The translations under genes and the position numbers were made by a program. A stretch of 64,000 bases of DNA from Balanoglossus misakiensis (taxonomy: Eukaryota > Animalia > Hemichordata), in the NCBI GenBank assembly GCA_040954595.2, contig CM082585.2:2386902-2450901 (forward strand), read 5' to 3'. The notes under the pieces are model-generated. The model saw only the letters and a program-made list of their open reading frames with translations, did no database searches and was not told where the DNA came from. Below are positions 52,501 through 64,000 of the stretch, one piece after another (the stretch's first letter is position 1; each line of letters begins with the position of its first letter).

Positions 52501-55500
52501 GATAGTTCTAAAATTTCCATGGTTGCTTCCAAACACATCCTCGTTTGTTTACAAAATTCTGTTGTGATGCGCATAATACATAGATAGGCCTATGCGCATA
52601 AGAACGTTTACCACTAGACTCTGTAGATCGACGGATAGTTCTAAAATTTCCATGGTTGCTTCCAAACAGCCTCGTTTATTTACAGAATTCTGTTGTGAGA
52701 CGCAGAACACATACATATGCCTATGCGCATAAGAAATTTTTCCACTAGACTCCGTAGATCGACGGATAGTTGTAAAATTTACATGGTTGCTTCCAAATAC
52801 AGCCTCGTTTATTTAGCGATTTCTGTTGTGATGCGCATAATACATAGATAGGCCTATGCGCATAAGAACGTTTTTCACTAGACTCTGTAGATCGACGGAT
52901 AGTTCTAAAATTTCCATGGTTGCTTCCAAACAGCCTCTTTTATTTACCGAATTCTGTTGTGAGGCGCAGAACACGTAATAGGCCTATGCGCATAAGAGAC
53001 TTTTCCACCAGACTCTGTAGATCGACGGATAGTTGTAAAATTTCCATGGTTGTTTCCAAACAGCCTCGTTTATTTACCGAATTCTGTTGTGATGCGTAGA
53101 ACACATACATATGCCTATGCGCATAAGAAATTTTTCCACTAGACTCCGTAGATCGACGGATAGTTCTAAAATTTCCATGGTTGCTTCCAAACAAAGCATC
53201 GTTTGTTTACAAAATTCTGTTGTGATGCGCAGAACACATAGAGAGGCCTATGCGCATATGAACGTTTTCCACTAGACTCTGTATATCGACGGATAGTTCT
53301 AAAATTTCCATGGTTGCTTCCAAACACATCCTCGTTTGTTTACAAAATTCTGTTGTGATGCGCATAATACATAGATAGGCCTATGCGCATAAGAACGTTT
53401 TCCACTAGACTCTGTAGATCGACGGATAGTTCTAAAATTTCCATGGTTGCTTCCAAACAGCCTCGTTTATTTACCGAATTCTCTTGTGAGGCGCAGAACA
53501 CGTAATAGGCCTATGCGCATAAGAAACTTTTCCACCAGACTCGGTAGATCGACAGACAGTTGTAAAATTTCCATGGTTGTTTCCAAACAGCCTCGTTTAT
53601 TTACCGAATTCTGTTGTGATGCGTAGAACACATACATATGCCTATGCGCATAAGAAATTTTTCCACTAGACTCCGTAGATCGACGGATAGTTCTAAAATT
53701 TCCATGGTTGCTTCCAAACAAAGCATCGTTTGTATACAAAATTCTGTTGTGATGCGCAGAACAAATAGAGAGGCCTATGCGCATAAGAACGTTTTCCACT
53801 GGACTCTGTATATCGACGGATAGTTCTAAAATTTCCATGGTTGCTTCCAAGCACATCCTCGTTTGTTTACAAAATTATGTTGTGATGCGCATAATACATA
53901 GATAGGCCTATGCGCATAAGAACGTTTTCCAGTAGACTCTGTAGATCGACGGATAGTTCTAAAATTTCCATGGTTGCTTCCAAACAGCCTCGCTTATTTA
54001 CCGAATTCTGTTGTGATGCGTAGAATACATACATATGCCTATGCGCATAAGAAATTTTACCACTAGACTCCGTAGATCGACGGATAGTTCTAAAATTTCC
54101 ATGGTTGCTTCCAAACAAAGCATCGTTTGTTTACAAAATTCTGTTGTGATGCGCAGAACACATAGATAGGCCTATGCGCATATGAACGTTTTCCACTATA
54201 CTCTGTAGATCAACGGATAGTTCTAAAATTTCCATGGTTGCTTCCAAACAGCCTCGTTTATTTACAGAATTCTGTTGTGAGACGCAGAACACATACATAT
54301 GCCTATGCGCATAAGAAATTTTTCCACTAGACTCCGTAGATCGACGGATAGTTGTAAAATTTACATGGTTGTTTCCAAATACAGCCTCGTTTATTTAGCG
54401 ATTTCTGTTGTGATGCGCATAATACATAGATAGGCCTATGCGCATAAGAACGTTTTTCACTATACTCTGTAGATCGACGGATAGTTCTAAAATTTCCATG
54501 GTTGCTTCCAAACAGCCTCGTTTATTTACCGAATTCTGTTGTGAGGCGCAGAACACGTAATAGGCCTATGCGCAAAAGAAACTTTTCCACCAGACTCTGT
54601 AGATCGACGGATAGTTGTAAAATTTCCATGGTTGTTTCCAAACAGCCTCGTTTATTTACCGAATTCTGTTGTGATGCGTAGAACACATACATATGCCTTT
54701 GCGCATAAGAAATTTTTCCACTAGACTCCGTAGATCGACGGATAGTTCTAAAATTTCCATGGTTGCTTCCAAACAAAGCATCGTTTGTTTACAAAATTCT
54801 GTTGTGATGCGCAGAACACATAGAGAGGCCTATGCGCATAAGAAAGTTTTCCACTAGACTCTGTATATCGACGGATAGTTCTAAAATTTCCATGGTTGCT
54901 TCCAAACACATCCTCGTTTGTTTACAAAATTATGTTGTGATGCGCATAATACATAGATAGGCCTATGCGCATAAGAACGTTTTCCAGTAGACTCTGTAGA
55001 TCGACGGATAGTTCTAAAATTTCCATGGTTGCTTCCAAACAGCCTCGTTTATTTACCGAATTCTGTTGTGATGCGTAGAATACATACATATGCCTATGCG
55101 CATAAGAAATTTTACCACTAGACTCCGTAGATCGACGGATAGTTCTAAAATTTCCATGGTTGCTTCCAAACAAAGCATCGTTTGTTTACAAAATTCTGTT
55201 GTGATGCGCAGAACACATAGATAGGCCTATGCGCTTATGAACGTTTTCCACTATACTCTGTAGATCGACGGATAGTTCTAAAATTTCCATGGTTGCTTCC
55301 AAACAGCCTCGTTTATTTACAGAATTCTGTTGTGAGACGCAGAACACATACATATGCCTATGCGCATAAGAAATTTTTCCACTAGACTCCGTAGATCGAC
55401 GGATAGTTGTAAAATTTACATGGTTGCTTCCAAATACAGCCTCGTTTATTTAGCGATTTCTGTTGTGATGCGCATAATACATAGATAGGCCTATGCGCAT

Positions 55501-58500
55501 AAGAACGTTTTTCACTAGACTCTGTAGATCGACGGATAGTTCTAAAATTTCCATGGTTGCTTCCAAACAGCCTCTTTTATTTACCGAATTCTGTTGTGAG
55601 GCGCAGAACACGTAATAGGCCTATGCGCATAAGAAATTTTTCCACTAGACTCCGTAGATCGACGGATAGTTCTAAAATTTCCATGGTTGCTTCCAAACAA
55701 AGCATCGTTTGTTTACAAAATTCTGTTGTGATGCGCAGAACACATAGAGAGGCCTATGCGCATATGAACGTTTTCCACTAGACTCTGTATATCGACGGAT
55801 AGTTCTAAAATTTCCATGGTTGCTTCCAAACACATCCTCGTTTGTTTACAAAATTCTGTTGTGATGCGCATAATACATAGATAGGCCTATGCGCATAAGA
55901 ACGTTTTCCAGTAGACTCTGTAGATCGACGGATAGTTCTAAAATTTCCATGGTTGCTTCCAAACAGCCTCGTTTATTTACCGAATTCTGTTGTGATGCGT
56001 AGAATACATACATATGCCTATGCGCATAAGAAATTTTACCACTAGACTCCGTAGATCGACGGATAGTTCTAAAATTTCCATGGTTGCTTCCAAACAAAGC
56101 ATCGTTTGTTTACAAAATTCTGTTGTGATGCGCAGAACACATAGATAGGCCTATGCGCATATGAACGTTTTCCACTATACTCTGTAGATCGACGGATAGT
56201 TCTAAAATTTCCATGGTTGCTTCCAAACAGCCTCGTTTATTTACAGAATTCTGTTGTGAGACGCAGAACACATACATATGCCTATGCGCATAAGAAATTT
56301 TTCCACTAGACTCCGTAGATCGACGGATAGTTGTAAAATTTACATGGTTGCTTCCAAATACAGCCTCGTTTATTTAGCGATTTCTGTTGTGATGCGCATA
56401 ATACATAGATAGGCCTATGCGCATAAGAACGTTTTTCACTAGACTCTGTAGATCGACGGATAGTTCTAAAATTTCCATGGTTGCTTCCAAACAGCCTCTT
56501 TTATTTACCGAATTCTGTTGTGAGGCGCAGAACACGTAATAGGCCTATGCGCATAAGAGACTTTTCCACCAGACTCTGTAGATCGACGGATAGTTGTAAA
56601 ATTTCCATGGTTGTTTCCAAACAGCCTCGTTTATTTACCGAATTCTGTTGTGATGCGTAGAACACATACATATGCCTATGCGCATAAGAAATTTTTCCAC
56701 TAGACTCCGTAGATCGACGGATAGTTCTAAAATTTCCATGGTTGCTTCCAAACAAAGCATCGTTTGTTTACAAAATTCTGTTGTGATGCGCAGAACACAT
56801 AGAGAGGCCTATGCGCATATGAACGTTTTCCACTAGACTCTGTATATCGACGGATAGTTCTAAAATTTCCATGGTTGCTTCCAAACACATCCTCGTTTGT
56901 TTACAAAATTCTGTTGTGATGCGCATAATACATAGATAGGCCTATGCGCATAAGAACGTTTTCCACTAGACTCTGTAGATCGACGGATAGTTCTAAAATT
57001 TCCATGGTTGCTTCCAAACAGCCTCGTTTATTTACCGAATTCTCTTGTGAGGCGCAGAACACGTAATAGGCCTATGCGCATAAGAAACTTTTCCACCAGA
57101 CTCGGTAGATCGACAGACAGTTGTAAAATTTCCATGGTTGTTTCCAAACAGCCTCGTTTATTTACCGAATTCTGTTGTGATGCGTAGAACACATACATAT
57201 GCCTATGCGCATAAGAAATTTTTCCACTAGACTCCGTAGATCGACGGATAGTTCTAAAATTTCCATGGTTGCTTCCAAACAAAGCATCGTTTGTATACAA
57301 AATTCTGTTGTGATGCGCAGAACAAATAGAGAGGCCTATGCGCATAAGAACGTTTTCCACTGGACTCTGTATATCGACGGATAGTTCTAAAATTTCCATG
57401 GTTGCTTCCAAGCACATCCTCGTTTGTTTACAAAATTATGTTGTGATGCGCATAATACATAGATAGGCCTATGCGCATAAGAACGTTTTCCAGTAGACTC
57501 TGTAGATCGACGGATAGTTCTAAAATTTCCATGGTTGCTTCCAAACAGCCTCGTTTATTTACCGAATTCTGTTGTGATGCGTAGAATACATACATATGCC
57601 TATGCGCATAAGAAATTTTACCACTAGACTCCGTAGATCGACGGATAGTTCTAAAATTTCCATGGTTGCTTCCAAACAAAGCATCGTTTGTTTACAAAAT
57701 TCTGTTGTGATGCGCAGAACACATAGATAGGCCTATGCGCATATGAACGTTTTCCACTATACTCTGTAGATCGACGGATAGTTCTAAAATTTCCATGGTT
57801 GCTTCCAAACAGCCTCGTTTATTTACAGAATTCTGTTGTGAGACGCAGAACACATACATATGCCTATGCGCATAAGAAATGTTTCCACTAGACTCCGTAG
57901 ATCGACGGATAGTTGTAAAATTTACATGGTTGCTTCCAAATACAGCCTCGTTTATTTAGCGATTTCTGTTGTGATGCGCATAATACATAGATAGGCCTAT
58001 GCGCATAAGAACGTTTTTCACTATACTCTGTAGATCGACGGATAGTTCTAAAATTTCCATGGTTGCTTCCAAACAGCCTCGTTTATTTACCGAATTCTGT
58101 TGTGAGGCGCAGAACACGTAATAGGCCTATGCGCATAAGAGACTTTTCCACCAGACTCTGTAGATCGACGGATAGTTGTAAAATTTCCATGGTTGTTTCC
58201 AAACAGCCTCGTTTATTTACCGAATTCTGTTGTGATGTGTAGAACACATACATATGCCTATGCGCATAAGAAATTTTTCCACTAGACTCCGTAGATCGAC
58301 GGATAGTTCTAAAATTTCCATGGTTGCTTCCAAACAAAGCATCGTTTGTTTACAAAATTCTGTTGTGATGCGCAGAACACATAGAGAGGCCTATGCGCAT
58401 ATGAACGTTTTCCACTAGACTCTGTATATCGACGGATAGTTCTAAAATTTCCATGGTTGCTTCCAAACACATCCTCGTTTGTTTACAAAATTCTGTTGTG

Positions 58501-61500
58501 ATGCGCATAATACATAGATAGTCCTATGCGCATAAGAACGTTTTCCACTAGACTCTGTAGATCGACGGATAGTTCTAAAATTTCCATGGTTGCTTCCAAA
58601 CAGCCTCGTTTATTTACCGAATTCTCTTGTGAGGCGCAGAACACGTAATAGGCCTATGCGCATAAGAAACTTTTCCACCAGACTCTGTAGATCGACAGAC
58701 AGTTGTAAAATTTCCATGGTTGTTTCCAAACAGCCTCGTTTATATACCGAATTCTGTTGTGATGCGTAGAACACATACATATGCCTATGCGCATAAGAAA
58801 TTTTTCCACTAGACTCCGTAGATCGACGGATAGTTCTAAAATTTCCATGGTTGCTTCCAAACAAAGCATCGTTTGTATACAAAATTCTGTTGTGATGCGC
58901 AGAACAAATAGAGAGGCCTATGCGCATAAGAACGTTTTCCACTAGACTCTGTAGATCGACGGATAGTTCTAAAATTTCCATGGTTGCTTCCAAACACATC
59001 CTCGTTTGTTTACAAAATTACGTTGTGATGCGCAGAACACATAGATAGGCCTATGCGCATCGGAAAGTTTTCCACTAGACTCCGTAGATGGACGGATAGT
59101 TCTAAAATTTCCATGGTTGCTTCCAAACACATCCTCGTTTGTTTACAAAAATCTGTTGTGATGCGCAGAACACATAGATAGGCCTATGTGCATATGAACG
59201 TTTTCCACTATACTCCGTAGATCGACGGATAGTTCTAAAATTTCCATGGTTGCTTCCAAACAGCCTCGTTTATTTACCGAATTCTGTTGTGAGACGCAGA
59301 ACACATACATATGCCTATGCGCATAAGAAATTTTTCCACTAGACTCCGTAGATCGACGTATAGTTGTAAAATTTACTTTGTTGCTTCCAAATACAGCCTC
59401 GTTTATTTAGATAGGCCTATGCGCATAAGAACGTTTTCCACTAGACTCTGTAGATCGACGGATAGTTCTAAAATTTCCATGGTTGCTTCCAAACAGCCTC
59501 GTTTATTTACCGAATTCTGTTGTGAGGCGCAGAACACGTAATAGGCCTATGCGCATCAGAAACTTTTCCACCAGACTCTGTAGATCGACGGATAGTTGTA
59601 AAATTTCCATGGTTGTTTCCAAACAGCCTCGTTTATTTACCGAATTCTGTTGTGATGCGTAGAACACATACATATGCCTATGCGCATAAGAAATTTTTCC
59701 ACTAGACTCCGTAGATCGACGGATAGTTCTAAAATTTCCATGGTTGCTTCCAAACAAAGCATCGTTTGTTTACAAAATTCTGTTGTGATGCGCAGAACAC
59801 ATAGAGAGGCCTATGCGCATAAGAACGTTTTCCACTAGACTCTGTATATCGACGGATAGTTCTAAAATTTCCATGGTTGCTTCCAAACACATCCTCGTTT
59901 GTTTACAAAATTCTGTTGTGATGCGCATAATACATAGATAGGCCTATGCGCATAAGAACGTTTTCCACTAGACTCTGTAGATCGACGGATAGTTCTAAAA
60001 TTTCCATGGTTGCTTCCAAACAGCCTCGTTTATTTACCGAATTCTGTTGTGAGGCGCAGAACACGTAATAGGCCTATGCGCATAAGAAACTTTTCCACCA
60101 GACTCTGTAGATCGACGGACAGTTGTAAAATTTCCATGGTTGTTTCCAAACACATCCTCGTTTGTTTACAAAATTCTGTTGTGATGCGCAGAACACATAG
60201 ATAGGCCTATGCGCATTGGAAATGTTTCCACTAGACTCCGTAGATCGACGGATAGTTCTAAAATTTCCATGGTTGCTTCCAAACACATCCTCGTTTGTTT
60301 ACAAAATTCTGTTGTGATGCGCAGAACACATAGATAGGCCTATGCGCATTGGAAAGTTTTCCACTAGACTCCGTAGATCGACGGATAGTTCTAAAATTTC
60401 CATGGTTGCTTCCAAACAGCCTCGTTTATTTACCGAATTCTGTTGTGAGGCGCAGAACACGTAATAGGCCTATGCGCATAAGAAACTTTTCCACCAGACT
60501 CTGTAGATCGACGGACAGTTGTAAAATGTCCATGGTTGTTTCCAAACAGCCTCGTTTATTTACAGAATTATGTTGTGATGCGTAGAACACATACATATGC
60601 CTATGCGCATAAGAAATTTTTCCACTAGACTCCGTAGATCGACGGATAGTTCTAAAATTTCCATGGTTGCTTCCAAACAAAGCATCGTTTGTTTACAAAA
60701 TTCTGTTGTGATGCGCAGAACACATAGAGAGGCCTATGCGCATAAGAACGTTTTCCACTAGACTCTGTATATCGACGGATAGTTCTAAAATTTCCATGGT
60801 TGCTTCCAAACACATCCTCGTTTGTTTACAAAATTCTGTTGTGATGCGCATAATACATAGATAGGCCTATGCGCATAAGAACGTTTTCCACTAGACTCTG
60901 TAGATCGACGGATAGTTCTAAAATTTCCATGGTTGCTTCCAAACAGCCTCGTTTATTTACCGAATTCTGTTGTGAGGCGCAGAACACGTAATAGGCCTAT
61001 GCGCATAAGAAACTTTTCCACCAGACTCTGTAGATCGACGGACAGTTGTAAAATTTCCATGGTTGTTTCCAAACAGCCTCGTTTATTTACCGAATTATGT
61101 TGTGATGCGTAGAACACATACATATGCCTATGCGCATAAGAAATTTTTCCACTAGACTCCGTAGATCGACGGATAGTTCTAAAATTTCCATGGTTGCTTC
61201 CAAACAAAGCATCGTTTGTTTACAAAATTCTGTTGTGATGCGCAGAACACATAGAGAGGCCTATGCGCATAAGAACGTTTTCCACTAGACTCTGTATATC
61301 GACGGATAGTTCTAAAATTTCCATGGTTGCTTCCAAACACATCCTCGTTTGTTTACAAAATTCTGTTGTGATGCGCAGAACACATAGATAGGCCTATGCG
61401 CATTGGAAATGTTTCCACTAGACTCCGTAGATCGACGGATAGTTCTAAAATTTCCATGGTTGCTTCCAAACACATCCTCGTTTGTTTACAAAATTCTGTT

Positions 61501-62520
61501 GTGATGCGCAGAACACATAGATAGGCCTATGCGCATTGGAAAGTTTTCCACTAGACTCCGTAGATCGACGGATAGTTCTAAAATTTCCATGGTTGCTTCC
61601 AAACAGCCTCGTTTATTTACCGAATTCTGTTGTGAGGCGCAGAACACGTAATAGGCCTATGCGCATAAGAAACTTTTCCACCAGACTCTGTAGATCGACG
61701 GACAGTTGTAAAATGTCCATGGTTGTTTCCAAACAGCCTCGTTTATTTACAGAATTATGTTGTGATGCGTAGAACACATACATATGCCTATGCGCATAAG
61801 AAATTTTTCCACTAGACTCCGTAGATCGACGGATAGTTCTAAAATTTCCATGGTTGCTTCCAAACAAAGCATCGTGTGTTTACAAAATTCTGTTGTGATG
61901 CGCAGAACACATAGAGAGGCCTATGCGCATAAGAACGTTTTCCACTAGACTCTGTATATCGACGGATAGTTCTAAAATTTCCATGGTTGCTTCCAAACAC
62001 ATCCTCGTTTGTTTACAAAATTCTGTTGTGATGCGCAGAACACATAGATAGGCCTATGCGCATTGGAAAGTTTTCCACTAGACTCCGTAGATCGACGGAT
62101 AGTTCTAAAATTTCCATGGTTGCTTCCAAACACATCCTCGTTTGTTTACAAAAATCTGTTGTGATGCGCAGAACACATAGATAGGCCTATGCGCATATGA
62201 ACGTTTTCAACTAGACTCTGTATATCGACGGATAGTTCTAAAATTTCCATGGTTGCTTCCAAACACATCCTCGTTTGTTTACAAAATTCTGTTGTGATGC
62301 GCAGAACACATAGATAGGCCTATGCGCATTGGAAAGTTTTCCACTAGACTCCGTAGATCGACGGATAGTTCTAAAATTTCCATGGTTGCTTCCAAACACA
62401 TCCTCGTTTGTTTACAAAAATCTTTTGTGATGCGCAGAACACATTGATAGGCCTAATGAACGTTTTCCACTATACTCTGTAGATCGACGGATAGTTCTAA
62501 AATTTCCGTGGTTGCTTCCA
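46523..62520. repeat. Tandem satellite array (block 3) to the array edge
   Basis: Same monomer and orientation, with 1456-bp and 791-bp periods. The last monomer ends ...GTTGCTTCCA at 62520. Confidence 0.99.
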
Positions 62521-62930
62521 GTCTAATTAATTCAGATAAAAAGAATTGACACATTATGATGTAAATATTTATAAAAGTAGTAATAATGTAAGAGATAACC
62601 ATAATTCAAAATTCATTAAATTCTAATGTAATTTTAAAGTTTTGTTTTAAATTTTTCATGAAAAAAATAAGCATATCAAGTGACATGTTTAATAGTGAAA
62701 AAAACCTGAATGTCACAAAATCAACAATCATCTAAAGAAATTAACACTGATTCCTCTTTTCCATCACACTGTATCAAAAACTCCTACCAAAAGTACAGTA
62801 TTATTTAAACCACAAATAAGAAAAATCTCCTTATTATGACTTGTCAGATTATTAGGTGACAGACAGGAGTTGGCAGATGCTGGAGGCCGGGAGAAAATCA
62901 TCCTATCTTATCTGCTCCAGATCGCTTTGA

Positions 62931-63359
62931 ATATTCTCCTAATCCTGATGTACATGTATCAGATCAATCTTGTATGTTACTAATTGAACAATTTGTTCTT
63001 CGGTATAACAGAACCAGTTGAATACTCAAAGTCATGCAAAGGGTAAGACAATATCTCTTCTCCAGAAAGTCAAGGGTTCTTGAGAATATTCCTTCTACAC
63101 AGGCAGCTCTAAAAGAACATGTGCTATGAGAAACCTAGCAAAGCTATATCAAACCAACAGAATCCCATTGGAAATCAAGTTGGAAAACTCTTAGTCAAGC
63201 CCAAGAAAAGAGTCAACCTCAGGAAATCAGTTGTAAAAAGTAATGCACATGTTCCTGTAGGTGCTTTAGGTCTAGTCTGACAGCAGTGCTCTTTGTTACT
63301 GTAAAGGAGAATGTCATCAAGATTGATCTGATACATGTACATCACAATTAGGATAATAT
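62931..63359. repeat. Inverted repeat pair in the unique flank (possible MITE/foldback, ~430 bp)
   Basis: Perfect 27-bp inverted repeat TGATGTACATGTATCAGATCAATCTTG (62946-72) / CAAGATTGATCTGATACATGTACATCA (63318-44), extendable outward to ~42 bp with 3 mismatches. No clear TSD. Confidence 0.6.
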
Positions 63360-63478
63360 ACAGAGGAATGTATGGAAGCAAGTATGTTTTACAACCCATA
63401 ATCCTGTTTCTGAGTGTTACAATTGACCAAAAAGTGCCAATAATGGGAGAGAAGTGTGAATGTCAGTTTCTGGCCGCT

Positions 63479-63683
63479 ATTTTGGGATCCATATTGGAAA
63501 ATGTCCGCCATGGGTCAATGAATAATTGTACCAAATTTCATGCTTTTAACCCAAAGTGCACGATTTTAAAGTTTGATATCTGTTTCTGGTCACTAGAGGG
63601 CTGTGTCATTTTAGATCCATATCAGAAAATGGCCGCCATAAGTGTACCAAGTTTCATGCTTTTAACCCAAATTGCACGATTTT
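63479..63683. repeat. Diverged direct repeat pair in the flank
   Basis: The 41-bp TGTACCAARTTTCATGCTTTTAACCCAAAKTGCACGATTTT occurs at 63527 and 63643 (2 mismatches). Each copy is preceded by GATCCATAT..GAAAATG.CCGCCAT. Confidence 0.75.
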
Positions 63684-64000
63684 TGGGTTAACTGCCCCAC
63701 TACAAGGAGAAGTGCAGACTGAAATGCAGTGATTGTCAATGTTGTAAATGTATGTGTTGTTGTTGTTTGTTAAAATGTCAGGTTTTTGTAGAATTGATGT
63801 TTAACAACTTAGCTACTTTGCATGTCAAGCAAGGAGTACACTCAGTCATGTGTAGTATGGTAGTTTAAGCTTAGCTTCATTGAGATGTCATGTCTGGAGA
63901 ACATTCACTGAGTTTGAATATTTGCTTGTAGTTTTTAGTCATCCAAGAACTTAGTCTGAGGTTGCCAACCTGTCTATCAGATGTGAAGTTAATACCTTAA

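Noticed and set aside
877-61867. Numerous 60-130 aa ORFs (MRIRTFPLDS..., MLPNSLVYLP..., MFGSNHGNF...)
   Set aside because: These are translations of the satellite monomer on both strands, with frequent frameshifting indels and stops and no coding signature.
1-62520. Satellite as a CRISPR array
   Set aside because: Whole monomers are homologous, with no unique spacers and no cas genes.
63175-63691. ORFs of 74 and 118 aa in the flank
   Set aside because: They run through the inverted and direct repeats and show no recognisable domain.

Overview
This is eukaryotic (most likely animal) heterochromatin-like DNA, not a prokaryotic gene region. About 52 kb of the window is one unidirectional tandem satellite with a ~130-135 bp monomer (1..62520). 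It has locally changing higher-order periods (2502, 4749, 3028, 1456, 791 bp and others) and ends abruptly at 62520, followed by unique AT-rich flank. Two clean insertions interrupt the array. The first (19815..25617) is a Penelope-like retroelement (RT + Cys linker + GIY-YIG, Neptune-like) arranged as an almost perfect giant palindrome. It has two 2859-bp arms, an 8-nt spacer, a 78-bp tail on one side only and an 11-bp target-site duplication. Both ORFs are open, and each arm carries a minimal hammerhead ribozyme, a poly(A) signal and a probable retained intron. The second (41833..46522) is a non-autonomous CACTA/EnSpm-like DNA transposon with 13-bp TIRs and a TA duplication. It carries ~32-bp-phased arrays of a 16-bp quasi-palindromic motif at both ends and internal tandem repeats. 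The many short ORFs in the satellite are translation artefacts. All coordinates were read by eye, with no alignments or searches run.
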